Shown here piece by piece: positions 9,192 through 17,956 of a DNA stretch of 64,000 nt. Location of the stretch: the IMG/VR virus record IMGVR_UViG_3300037063_000214; one strand, given 5' to 3'. The position numbers and the translations under genes were made by a program. The notes under the pieces were generated by a model. That model saw nothing but the letters and a program-made list of their open reading frames with translations. It did not search any database and had not been told where the DNA came from. The first letter of the stretch is position 1, and each line of letters opens with the position of its first letter. The stretch is from a virus.

Positions 9192-9492
9192 CCGTACATG
9201 TATAACATGTACCGTTTAATTCCAGCGCATCTCCACAAGAAGGGCAGCGGTCAGATTCATCGAGATCTGATGGTTCGGTGGTATCTTCTAGAACTCTATC
9301 CAGATAGCAATAATCCATCATATCCTGGTGGGCCTTAATGTACGCTTTTCGCAAACTATTGAATTTTTTATCTTTGAATTCTTTAAAATCCCAGTTCTGC
9401 AAAACATAATCCAAACTTCCTTCCCACTCTATTTTGGCGTTAAATTCTCGTGCGTTCTCAATGGACAACAGTGGTTTATTTTTTCTCTTCAT
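9172..9492 (-). CDS. hypothetical protein with C-terminal zinc ribbon
   Basis: 106-aa ORF containing CPSCG...CYTC. Confidence 0.4.
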   Translation of the reverse strand: MKRKNKPLLSIENAREFNAKIEWEGSLDYVLQNWDFKEFKDKKFNSLRKAYIKAHQDMMDYCYLDRVLEDTTEPSDLDESDRCPSCGDALELNGTCYTCTGEQNEN

Positions 9493-9521
9493 CGTAACTC
9501 CTTACGATAATACCATAAAGT

Positions 9522-9610
9522 TGGCCGAGAGAAAGGGATTCGAACCCTTGATACCTTACGGTATACCAGTTTTCAAGACTGGCGGCATAATCCATCTCGC
9601 CCATCTCTCG
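9522..9610 (-). tRNA. tRNA-Ser (anticodon UGA)
   Basis: Manual fold: acceptor CGAGAGA/TCTCTCG, discriminator G and CCA. Anticodon stem CCAGT/ACTGG with loop CTTGAAA. 16-nt variable arm. T-arm AAGGG-TTCGAAT-CCCTT. Confidence 0.85.
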
Positions 9611-9617
9611 GTAAAGG

Positions 9618-9704
9618 CAGAGAGTACCGGACTCGAACCGGTGTGCCCTATTTCTAGAAGCAGTCGCTTTCGAGGCGACCTACCATGCCCACTGGTTACT
9701 CTCT
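9618..9704 (-). tRNA. tRNA-Ser (anticodon CGA)
   Basis: Acceptor AGAGAGT/ACTCTCT. Anticodon stem GTCGC/GCGAC with loop CTCGAAA. Long variable arm. T-arm ACCGG-TTCGAGT-CCGGT. CCA not fully encoded. Confidence 0.8.
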
Positions 9705-9709
9705 AAACT

Positions 9710-9798
9710 TGGCGATGACAGACCGATTCGAACGATCGATACCTTGCGGTATGGTAGCTTTCCAAGCTACTGGGTTAATCCATCTCCCCCATGTCATC
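9710..9798 (-). tRNA. tRNA-Ser (anticodon GGA)
   Basis: Acceptor GATGACA/TGTCATC, discriminator G and CCA. Anticodon stem GTAGC/GCTAC with loop TTGGAAA. Long variable arm. T-arm GATCG-TTCGAAT-CGGTC. Confidence 0.8.
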
Positions 9799-9897
9799 AA
9801 ATCGCAGGGAACATAAAACATACAGTTGGTACAACTCCACTGCCGGGTTTCCCCCAGTGGGTATCGAAGTAACTGTACGCAACACCGCTGCGAATTT

Positions 9898-10347
9898 TTA
9901 CTCTTCTGGACCTTCACCGACTTCGATGAAGTCCATTAAATCTTCCCCACCAGCATATTTACTAGTGTTACCGCCTAGCCATCCGTTAAAAGCTCCCTGC
10001 TCTGTGGCTTTACGAATACCTTCAACTAAAAACAACCAGGCATCGTATGGCATGTCCCTGCGTAGATAGTTGCATCGCATACATGCTGGATTGACATTCG
10101 TCTTTAAATGACCTAAGCTATTATCTATTCTATCCAAGGTCATCCTTATTTTTGTCTCTCCGCAGTAAAAACATCCATTGCTAATTTTATCCTTAATAAA
10201 GTCTTTGTCAAGATCATTTTCCCGAAGCAATTTTTTATCTGAGCTACGAGAATCTCGCCAAATAATGCTAGGTAAAAATTTAGGATCTTGCCTACGCCTT
10301 TTAGCCCAACGATGCCGTTTTTCCCTACAAACTATTTTAGTGTCCAT
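9898..10347 (-). CDS. HNH endonuclease
   Basis: CFYCGE...LDRIDN..GH...NVNPACMRCN motif. Confidence 0.7.
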   Translation of the reverse strand: MDTKIVCREKRHRWAKRRRQDPKFLPSIIWRDSRSSDKKLLRENDLDKDFIKDKISNGCFYCGETKIRMTLDRIDNSLGHLKTNVNPACMRCNYLRRDMPYDAWLFLVEGIRKATEQGAFNGWLGGNTSKYAGGEDLMDFIEVGEGPEE

Positions 10348-10379
10348 GCTAAGAACACAGAAAGTTTGTTTTGATGTTA

Positions 10380-10469
10380 TGGCGGAAGTGCCGAGGCTCG
10401 AACTCGGATAGCCCTTTCAGGCTTCGGCGGCTTAGCAAACCGCTGGTTTAACCATTCACCCACACTTCC
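10380..10469 (-). tRNA. tRNA-Ser (anticodon GCU)
   Basis: Acceptor GGAAGTG/CACTTCC, discriminator G and CCA. Anticodon stem GCGGT/GCCGC with loop TTGCTAA. 20-nt variable arm. T-arm CCGAG-TTCGAGC-CTCGG. Confidence 0.85.
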
Positions 10470-10476
10470 TTAAAAT

Positions 10477-10510
10477 AAAAAAGCCGCCTTAATCGGCGGC
10501 TATCAGTGTT
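10477..10510 (-). terminator. rho-independent terminator on the minus strand (GCCGCC-GATTAA-GGCGGC followed by TTTTTTATTTT)
   Basis: Perfect 6-bp GC stem and U-run read on the reverse complement. Confidence 0.65.
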
Positions 10511-10663
10511 TCTTTAATTGCTTTACGCAAACACACCCCGTTGGAGCTACTAGTTGAACTTCTTTTTTAAATGCGGGTTCTCCCCCACATAAAGATTCTC
10601 AGGCTACGCTTGAATTTAATACTTCTACGTTAACGCCTGATGGCTCGTTCCGAACCAACTACT
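10478..10663 (-). ncRNA. candidate small RNA, about 185 nt, running from the repeat-borne promoter to the terminator
   Basis: TTGACA-N17-TATTAT (minus-strand -35 at 10693-10698, -10 at 10670-10675). No ORF between the promoter and the terminator. Confidence 0.35.
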
Positions 10664-10699
10664 CTTTATATAATACTGATAGTTGGAAAATTTGTCAAG
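10556..10699 (-). repeat. Copy 2 of the 143-bp direct repeat, carrying the same near-consensus minus-strand promoter
   Basis: Sequence identity to 31-173. Confidence 0.8.
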
Positions 10700-10706
10700 A
10701 CTTATT

Positions 10707-11009
10707 TTAACTGGACACAATTCCATACAACAAAAATCCAATTATGGTTTTGTCTTCCAAGCTGGCGCAAAGGGGAATGGCGAAAGCAGAACCCCATTTA
10801 TCGTTATTTTCGATGTCTTCTTCCGCGAAAACCTCAGCGTCACCCATCAACATAGGCTCCTTCTTCCGAAGTTCAACACTGGGTTTTTCAGCGATAGTCC
10901 CGCTGTACCCGCCGTGTCCATGTTCCCAAGCGGCTTGATCTACTGCTTCACTGAACGCTTTGTTTAAATCGTTCCCGTTCACTTTAAACATAAAATCGCA
11001 ACCACCCAT
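10707..11009 (-). CDS. hypothetical protein
   Basis: 100-aa ORF. Confidence 0.4.
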   Translation of the reverse strand: MGGCDFMFKVNGNDLNKAFSEAVDQAAWEHGHGGYSGTIAEKPSVELRKKEPMLMGDAEVFAEEDIENNDKWGSAFAIPLCASLEDKTIIGFLLYGIVSS

Positions 11010-11018
11010 AATTCCTCC

Positions 11019-11747
11019 TTAATTCCTGGTCAATTGGGTTTCTAATGCTATGATACGGTCTAAAATCTCCTGTTTTTCAGCTAGTCGTATCTGCTCCTTC
11101 ATCCGCTCAATTGCAGCCCTGTGGTCAGGCGTTTGAGTCTGTGGTGCTGGTTTGGGTGCATTAGCGGGGATGTGCTCTCCAATCGAATCTCTGTGTCGAT
11201 AGATAAAAATGAACTTTTCTGACCATCTGCCGTGATTGAAATTTTTGCAGCATTCATAGCATGCGGTGGGGCTACTTTTAGTGGAACGACGATGATAATG
11301 AACCACCTTACCACAATTCGGGCAAGTAGCTGTCCAGTTGCCTTTGGGTGCTACAACAACAGCGCCATCGTAGCAGCGCTCCGGTTTAGCACCGGTAATA
11401 AGGCACTTTGCTTTCCAATCCGCCCCGTGGATGTCTCTACGCGATATGCTTCTGCGCCCGAAATCACTGGAAAAAGGGTTTTTTGCGTGGAAAGTTAATT
11501 TATCTTCTGTTACCAGAGCATGGGCGATTTCGTGACGGATGGTATCTTCAACATCTATTTGGGAGTTGAGTTGAACAATATGACGGCTGAGAGTAATCAA
11601 TTTTTTTCTAGTATGACAGCATCCGAAGCGACTTTTAGAATTATCAAACTCGAATCTCCAGCAGCGCGGGAAGAGATTGAATTCGTGCATCAGTTTCTTG
11701 GCAAGCACTTCTGCTACGCTGAGTTCCATTAGCGGTGTCCCCTCCAC
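11019..11747 (-). CDS. SprT-like zinc metalloprotease with C-terminal zinc ribbon
   Basis: HEIAH (HExxH) within a SprT-like context (WRFEFDNSKSRFGCCHTRKKLITLS...IRHEIAHALV), followed by CPNCG...CYECC. Confidence 0.55.
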   Translation of the reverse strand: MEGTPLMELSVAEVLAKKLMHEFNLFPRCWRFEFDNSKSRFGCCHTRKKLITLSRHIVQLNSQIDVEDTIRHEIAHALVTEDKLTFHAKNPFSSDFGRRSISRRDIHGADWKAKCLITGAKPERCYDGAVVVAPKGNWTATCPNCGKVVHYHRRSTKSSPTACYECCKNFNHGRWSEKFIFIYRHRDSIGEHIPANAPKPAPQTQTPDHRAAIERMKEQIRLAEKQEILDRIIALETQLTRN

Positions 11748-11813
11748 CTATAGTATACATTGAGAACACCTATTTTGTGTATTTTTAAACCTTTTAAAAT
11801 CAACATATTGCAA

Positions 11814-12320
11814 CTATTTTCGCTTGGTTTTGGGCTTCGCTTTCATTTTTATCGGATATAGTCTGATCTTTTGCGAGACATAATTTTTAAGATCGCAAGA
11901 GTCTGACACACTACCATCAGTTCCAATAGTTGTGATATCCATTATCTCCACGGGAATAATTTTACATGTACCATATGCATCATCCGAATTCTTGTTCCAA
12001 GAATTCAAAGCTTCTTGAGCTGCTTCCTTAGTGAAGTAAGTATGGAATCCTGTTTTATAAGTTTTCCAACCACCTACGAAGAGCGTAGCCTCGTCGCCGC
12101 CGGTTCCGGCGCGAATTTCGAGGACGACGGTCAAGCCTTTTTCATCCCACTCCCAAGAAGCGATTCTATCACCTGGCGTATCTGTTTGCCAGGTGATCGT
12201 TATAGAATTGTTCTTAAAACAGGAGAGTGCTTTCTTACCCCGTAAGACAATCTTCCAAGCTTTTATAGGACCTGGGATTGGCTGATCTTCATGATTTTCA
12301 AGTATGCGAGCGAGACACAT
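11814..12320 (-). CDS. member of the MCL-AWKIV / Lys-tail paralog family (P1)
   Basis: Shares N-terminal MCL...AWKIV, central GFH.Y.T, IPVEI..ITT.G.DG and a C-terminal NYV.QKIRL.P..K-rich tail with 12324-12746, 34235-34669 and the fragments at 33131-33370 and 34093-34266. Confidence 0.5.
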   Translation of the reverse strand: MCLARILENHEDQPIPGPIKAWKIVLRGKKALSCFKNNSITITWQTDTPGDRIASWEWDEKGLTVVLEIRAGTGGDEATLFVGGWKTYKTGFHTYFTKEAAQEALNSWNKNSDDAYGTCKIIPVEIMDITTIGTDGSVSDSCDLKNYVSQKIRLYPIKMKAKPKTKRK

Positions 12321-12323
12321 AAC

Positions 12324-12746
12324 TTATCCTCTCTTCAGTTTATTTTTCTTTTTCTTTGCTGGTTGGGGCATCAATCGAATTTTTTGAGCAACATAGTTTT
12401 TTAGCATCGCTTGCTTAATTTCGTAAGTTGTGCCATCAATGCCGGTAGTTGTAATTTCATCGATTTGAACTGGGATCACTTTTTTTGTTTTCATATACAT
12501 ATACAATACACGCGCCTTTGCAGCATCTTGTTGTGTAGTATAACAGTGAAACCCACTTTTGTAGCGAGTGCAGCAACTATCATTTGCGGCCAGGTAGCCT
12601 TTCCAAGCAGACTTCCATTTTTTAGTTATGCGGAACTGTTGAAACGGGGTAAAAACTTTACCCGATATTACTTCAACTATCTTCCAAGCGATAATAGGTC
12701 CCTTGATTGGGTTACGATGATTTTTTGTAACGCTTAGTAAACACAT
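12324..12746 (-). CDS. member of the MCL-AWKIV / Lys-tail paralog family (P2)
   Basis: Same shared motifs as 11814-12320. Confidence 0.5.
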   Translation of the reverse strand: MCLLSVTKNHRNPIKGPIIAWKIVEVISGKVFTPFQQFRITKKWKSAWKGYLAANDSCCTRYKSGFHCYTTQQDAAKARVLYMYMKTKKVIPVQIDEITTTGIDGTTYEIKQAMLKNYVAQKIRLMPQPAKKKKNKLKRG

Positions 12747-12755
12747 AAATTTTCC

Positions 12756-13031
12756 TTATTCGTGACTTGAGTCTCCGTTGTCAGATTGCATCTGGTTAAT
12801 TGCTTTTTCATACTCTTCAGTAGCTACTTTTTCTACCCAACAGCGTAGGCAGTCTAAATCGAACACTTTACTTCCAAATATCGTTGTTTTGTGGTTTTCA
12901 TCATGAATCGGCCAGGTAGCTAAAGGCTCATGCCAACGATTCCTGGCGATGATTTCCAAACTCATGTTATTCTCTCCCAAAATACTTTGCGTTGATAGCG
13001 GTAAAATGCTTCCATTGTTCGGGTAAATCAT
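12756..13031 (-). CDS. hypothetical protein
   Basis: 91-aa ORF. Confidence 0.35.
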   Translation of the reverse strand: MIYPNNGSILPLSTQSILGENNMSLEIIARNRWHEPLATWPIHDENHKTTIFGSKVFDLDCLRCWVEKVATEEYEKAINQMQSDNGDSSHE

Positions 13032-13230
13032 CTACTGGAAAGATAGCGGATACAGGACACACAGGAACACACGCTCCGCAGTCAATACACTCCACAGGAT
13101 CAATGTAAAGTTGGGGATTCTGATCAAACTCAGGAGTCCCCTTCTTGGGGTGTATGCAGTCTACAGGGCAAGAGTCCACGCATGCGGTATCCTTTACCCC
13201 TATGCATGGCTCAGCAATTACATATGCCAT
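12967..13230 (-). CDS. bacterial-type ferredoxin (2x[4Fe-4S] / 7Fe type)
   Basis: CIGVKDTACVDSCPVDC and CIDCGACVPVCP cysteine clusters. Confidence 0.75.
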   Translation of the reverse strand: MAYVIAEPCIGVKDTACVDSCPVDCIHPKKGTPEFDQNPQLYIDPVECIDCGACVPVCPVSAIFPVDDLPEQWKHFTAINAKYFGRE

Positions 13231-13309
13231 GACTTACTTCTCCTCTTGGGTTTTACTGACTTTTTAGATGCCATTTTATTTACTCCTGTTTTAGTATACC
13301 ACAAAAATT

Positions 13310-14176
13310 TCACAGTGTGTAGAAATCGTTTTTTACCTCTTTAATAAAATCTGTCAAAGCGGGGCGCAATGCCGCCATATTTTGCCATTGTTCCCAGCAC
13401 AATCCCCGTTCAATCAAATCATATGTCTTTACTATGCTAGAAGATTTATCCCCACCTGGGGTCCACCCCAAAGCCCAAATATGGTCACACACTGATGCCG
13501 CTGCTGTTACATCGTGGGTTACAACTATCACACAGTTTAAATCATCCATATTGGCTATCTTCATGATCAGTTGTAACATCTTATCTTCCATGATAATATC
13601 GAGACCTGAAAAAGGTTCGTCCATAAGTAAGAAATATGATGATGATAAAATTTGCTGGATTATTGCTACTCTTTGTTTTTGCCCCCCTGATAATTGAGCA
13701 GGGTACAAATTTATTTTATCTGCAATGCCGAATTCATTAAGAAAGGTCATGATTTTTTCATGAGCGGTTTTTGCATCTTTTTCTTTTTTCTCTGCCGCCA
13801 ACGTTAAATTACCCATAACTGTGCGATGCGCAAACAACGGATAATCTTGTGCTACTACTCCTACCTCTCCGGCGACCACGGGAACCGCTTTCCCGTTTAT
13901 CAAAACTTGTCCGGATGTGGGTTTATTAAGACCTGAAATAATACGAAATAGCTGTGTTTTTCCCCGTCCGGAAGGCCCCAATAACCCTACCATCTGCCCT
14001 TGAATTTGATTAGGGCGTTTGATCTTCTTGATTTCTGCACAGACATCCGTCAAAATAGCGCGGCTTCCAGGCATAGGCTTCGTTAGCAGGGAATTCCCAT
14101 CCGCGGACGCGCTTAGGTACACATGATCAATCTTTAGGAGAGTATCACCGTAACTGTATGGATAAAGTGCGCTCAT
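13310..14176 (-). CDS. ABC transporter ATP-binding protein
   Basis: Walker A GPSGRGKT, ABC signature LSGGQKQR, Walker B LLMDEP. Confidence 0.8.
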   Translation of the reverse strand: MSALYPYSYGDTLLKIDHVYLSASADGNSLLTKPMPGSRAILTDVCAEIKKIKRPNQIQGQMVGLLGPSGRGKTQLFRIISGLNKPTSGQVLINGKAVPVVAGEVGVVAQDYPLFAHRTVMGNLTLAAEKKEKDAKTAHEKIMTFLNEFGIADKINLYPAQLSGGQKQRVAIIQQILSSSYFLLMDEPFSGLDIIMEDKMLQLIMKIANMDDLNCVIVVTHDVTAAASVCDHIWALGWTPGGDKSSSIVKTYDLIERGLCWEQWQNMAALRPALTDFIKEVKNDFYTL

Positions 14177-14571
14177 TTATTTTTTCCTTTTACATCCGGC
14201 TTAACAGGAACCGGAGGATCTATTTCCTTTCCATTTCTTGCTTTCCATTTCTTAAGCCATGCGTCGTCAACAGTCCAGCTTGTTCTTTGTCCGCGAACTG
14301 TTTTGTATTGAATCAAAATCTCCTTTACTAGTTCAGTCCTTATCTCTATTGTTGGGTTATCACCAAGAGAGATGCCCCGATAAACATAGTAGCCATATCT
14401 GTTAAGATCATCCCATAGATGAACCTGCGGATGATCTTTGGGACTTATCCAAATTTTGATTCCATCTTCTTTGAGAACAACCTTACCGTTCTTGTATGTC
14501 TTTATTGTCATCTGTTCTCCTTCTAATTTGCTCTTTCTCTCCTTTCTTAGATTTAAGCCATGCGTCGTCAT
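14173..14571 (-). CDS. hypothetical protein
   Basis: 132-aa ORF. Confidence 0.4.
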   Translation of the reverse strand: MTTHGLNLRKERKSKLEGEQMTIKTYKNGKVVLKEDGIKIWISPKDHPQVHLWDDLNRYGYYVYRGISLGDNPTIEIRTELVKEILIQYKTVRGQRTSWTVDDAWLKKWKARNGKEIDPPVPVKPDVKGKNK

Positions 14572-14818
14572 ATGGTGATTTTGATTCTACGAGTTGATCC
14601 ATGGCCCAGTCGCCCTTTAACTCGACAATCTTCACAGCGCCACAAATCTTACACCGATGAAGAACTTCGGTATCAACTTGATCTTTACCCACGCAAAACG
14701 CGCCCACAATCTCCCACTCATGTGGGTGCCATTTCGATGCGATTTTGATAAAATACATCAAACAGAAACCCCCAGCAATAATTACGAATAATTCACAAAA
14801 TAACCTGAGTGTATTCAT
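14483..14818 (-). CDS. hypothetical membrane protein
   Basis: ORF with a hydrophobic N-terminus. Confidence 0.35.
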   Translation of the reverse strand: MNTLRLFCELFVIIAGGFCLMYFIKIASKWHPHEWEIVGAFCVGKDQVDTEVLHRCKICGAVKIVELKGDWAMDQLVESKSPYDDAWLKSKKGEKEQIRRRTDDNKDIQER

Positions 14819-15111
14819 CGTGATTTTAGGCGCGGAAACCCAGCAGTTATGCTGGGAGGAGCGCCGTCCTCCATGTGTTGAAACTCAGAAATGTGCAATC
14901 GTCTGGCTTGAAACTTTGTCCCCATCTCTTGCCTCTTCGACGGTTGCCTGCACAGAGGCTTGAGACTAGAGAAGCATCCCAAACATGCTCTGAGGAACCA
15001 CCCTCAGCAGGCTAACTTTGCGGCTATACAAGCCCGACTTGTCTAGTACATAGGTTTAACTTGCTTCCACCTGTTGGTCAGGCTTCCCCAAGCCCAGACT
15101 TTAGTCTGGGT

Positions 15112-15984
15112 CTATGACTTTCTCTCCGATCCAATTTTAGCATACGGGCAGAACATATTTTTAGCCACACCGATGAGGTAATCCTGCCCCAACCCCGTCA
15201 GCAAAATTGTTATTTGAATTGCAAGAACAGCGTCCAAATAGAAATGCTTATTCGCAGTGGCTAACATGGCTCCGATGCCTCCCTCTGACCTCACCATGGA
15301 TTCTATCATACTGAGCATCATCCAGCCAATAGCGGCGTTCTGACGCAGTACATCAAAGGCTTTATCTATCTGCCCCAGTACGACAACTTCCCACATCGTA
15401 CGCCAAGAGCCCATACGCAGCGTACGAGCTAGATCATACTGCTCTTTAGGGATAGATGCTACAACATCTGCCATACCTGTGACATAAAAAACACTAACGC
15501 TAAAAACTAGCAGGGAGATTTTCAATTGATGCTGATTGTGGGCGGCAACTGTAAAAAAGAAACTCAACCCTACCATAGACATATAGCGGAATTTGCTCAA
15601 CACCCCTACTATAGGACGCAGCCCTTCCAAGACTGTGAGGTACGCCAACCCCAGGGAAATGAGCGTGGCGATTGTCAACGCTTCTAAGTTGGCGAAGAGG
15701 CTTATACACAATTCGCCCATCAACCCCTGCCCCCATTGCTCTTTAAATGCCTCCCAAGTAGCGCCAATGGTAGGCAATAGGACAAACGGAGAGAACGCCC
15801 AAAGTAAGAAGAACATAATAACATAACCCGTCACCAGATAGGTAACCGTGGTTTTGCTAATTGCCCGATTGGGGATAAACGCTGATAGAATCTCGTTCAT
15901 ATATTTAAGATGCGAATAAAAAGAATTAGGGTCAGAATTTCTTCTGACCCTAAGTAGGTCTACTCCCACTCCCACCACCCACAT
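15112..15984 (-). CDS. ABC transporter permease (TauC/SsuC-like binding-protein-dependent family)
   Basis: Multi-TM protein with an EAA-like loop (DLARTLRMGSWRTMWEVVVL). Confidence 0.65.
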   Translation of the reverse strand: MWVVGVGVDLLRVRRNSDPNSFYSHLKYMNEILSAFIPNRAISKTTVTYLVTGYVIMFFLLWAFSPFVLLPTIGATWEAFKEQWGQGLMGELCISLFANLEALTIATLISLGLAYLTVLEGLRPIVGVLSKFRYMSMVGLSFFFTVAAHNQHQLKISLLVFSVSVFYVTGMADVVASIPKEQYDLARTLRMGSWRTMWEVVVLGQIDKAFDVLRQNAAIGWMMLSMIESMVRSEGGIGAMLATANKHFYLDAVLAIQITILLTGLGQDYLIGVAKNMFCPYAKIGSERKS

Positions 15985-16005
15985 ATTTTCAGTTGTGGGA
16001 CTGTT

Positions 16006-17937
16006 TTACTTGCCTAGCAGGGTAATCGTAACCCTACGATTTTGAGCCTTCCCTTCGGCTGTAGCGTTAGAAGCTACGGGGTCTTGAGAACCGTGACCCG
16101 TGGCTTTGAAACGCTTTGCCGGGAAGTTTGTCGGCCAGTTTGTGTGCAGGTATGTAACCACAGCGGCCGCACGTCCCTTTGATAGTTCAAGGTTGTGATC
16201 TTCATTGCCTGTGCTGTCTGTATAGCCATCGACCTGAATAAACGCTCCGGTGATTGCCCAGCCATCCTTCAATTGCTTCAACTGTGCCTCACCAGCCTCG
16301 GTAAGTTTCGCTTCATTCGTCTTGAAGTTGATATCATAGGCACGCTGACCAATGACACTTCCCGTAGCTTGCTGTTCATACGCTGGTTCCGCTGCTTCGG
16401 AGCCGGTGTTGTTATCCCCGCTGAGTATATCCTTCGCTCCCTGGATGAAAGACTTATCTTCCACAAGCTTCACATCAGGAATTGGAGTCTCTTTGAACAA
16501 AGTTGGGTATTGCTGTACATCAATGTTCGCAAAGAGCGTATAAGTTGAGCGGAAGTTGTCATTCCCCTTATCCTTCATACCAAACAAGATAAGGTTATCA
16601 TCCAAGTTGTTCACAGACGAACCGCCTAGTTCGACTATCTGCCCCGTGGTGGGATCCTTGTACGGAACACCCTTGTAATAACGGTACCAGTAGTCTCCGT
16701 TTTCGTTTGGAGCATCACCCTTATCGTCATAAACATCGGATGAAATAGCTGCCGCCTTGTGCAGAGCCAAGTCAAACGCCTTCACTTGGTCGCCACCTTC
16801 GAAAGTAGCAGCGAGCATGTTAGTGATTTCTTCCCGATTGTCTTGGAAAAACTTTGCCGGACCAATAATCACAGCGGGCATCTGACTGCGATTTTGTTTG
16901 GAAGAAACAACCTTCACTACGCCGCCCTTCTTCGTCACGGCTACAACATCTCCGGGTGTCCAAGTCACAAGGGAGTTTACACAGACATGCACCATATCCC
17001 CTGTAGGACGCCCCGCATGCACGAGTTTACGATCTTCGCACTTACCGGCGACATAATCTGTAGCGGCGGTGTTGTAATCCGGAGCATTGATCCAGTTAAC
17101 TGCATCTGGATCGAAAGTCTTTTCGTCCGGGTTATTGGGGATGGCGTTATCACCAGCCCACTTTAAGGCGATGTTCCAATCACCATCACGAAGAACGCCT
17201 TCAACCAATAGGCCAGTAATTTCCTGACCCTTGGAATCTTGCGACCCAGGCATAGGGGATTGATTGAAAGACTTGGAATCTTTCTTTACATTCGGAGGGG
17301 CCAAAAAGGCATCTTCTCCGCGGCTATATCCAGTTGCGGCGATAACCTTGAGCGTATACTTCGAAACGCAGCCCTTTGGCTTTCCCTTGCAGTCCAAGTC
17401 ATAAAGCTTTGGATTGGTAGCAGCTGCAAATTGCCCCGCACCGTCGCCCATGATAATAACATAGTTCGCTCCGGTGGAACAATCCGTAGACCCCCCCGCT
17501 AGCTGGCTGGCACAAGCGATCAAATCCAATTGCATTTGATCGGTGAGATCTTGCCTCTTAAGTGTCAGATTAACATTACGCTTTGCCATCAGGGAACCAG
17601 CGGTTGTATGTTTACCGCCGTTTGCCAATAGATGACCTAACATAGCATTCCATTCCCAAACTTCTCCGATGATAGGCGTATTAGAAACGGTTGCCGGTGT
17701 GCTTTGTGGTAGGGGTGCCGGTACAACATTCGCAACCTGTGCATCTTTCACTTCTGGAAGTGAAATGTGGGATGGGACAATCGCCTTCATGATGTTGGGA
17801 GTTGGCATCCAGCCCCGTTCCATCGCTGTCTTACCTAAGAAACAGAGTCCTACAACTCCAACAATAACCAAAAGAACCTTCGCTTGTGGGGTAACATGTC
17901 CAGCCATAAATTTTTCTCCTCGTAAATTAAGATGCAA
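16006..17937 (-). CDS. membrane-anchored periplasmic protein with a C-terminal OmpA-like peptidoglycan-binding domain; the middle region may be an ABC substrate-binding domain
   Basis: N-terminal TM helix. C-terminal motif QVDGYTDSTGNEDHNLELSKGRAAAV is the classic OmpA_C signature. Confidence 0.55.
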   Translation of the reverse strand: MHLNLRGEKFMAGHVTPQAKVLLVIVGVVGLCFLGKTAMERGWMPTPNIMKAIVPSHISLPEVKDAQVANVVPAPLPQSTPATVSNTPIIGEVWEWNAMLGHLLANGGKHTTAGSLMAKRNVNLTLKRQDLTDQMQLDLIACASQLAGGSTDCSTGANYVIIMGDGAGQFAAATNPKLYDLDCKGKPKGCVSKYTLKVIAATGYSRGEDAFLAPPNVKKDSKSFNQSPMPGSQDSKGQEITGLLVEGVLRDGDWNIALKWAGDNAIPNNPDEKTFDPDAVNWINAPDYNTAATDYVAGKCEDRKLVHAGRPTGDMVHVCVNSLVTWTPGDVVAVTKKGGVVKVVSSKQNRSQMPAVIIGPAKFFQDNREEITNMLAATFEGGDQVKAFDLALHKAAAISSDVYDDKGDAPNENGDYWYRYYKGVPYKDPTTGQIVELGGSSVNNLDDNLILFGMKDKGNDNFRSTYTLFANIDVQQYPTLFKETPIPDVKLVEDKSFIQGAKDILSGDNNTGSEAAEPAYEQQATGSVIGQRAYDINFKTNEAKLTEAGEAQLKQLKDGWAITGAFIQVDGYTDSTGNEDHNLELSKGRAAAVVTYLHTNWPTNFPAKRFKATGHGSQDPVASNATAEGKAQNRRVTITLLGK

Positions 17938-17956
17938 ACATTTAACAAATTAAATT

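Noticed and set aside
14820-15111. About 290-bp noncoding gap with several hairpins between the ABC permease and the upstream membrane gene
   Set aside because: Hairpins are present (for example CCCAGAC-TTTA-GTCTGGG) but there is no U-run or conserved motif I could assign. Noted as a possible structured RNA or terminator region without support.
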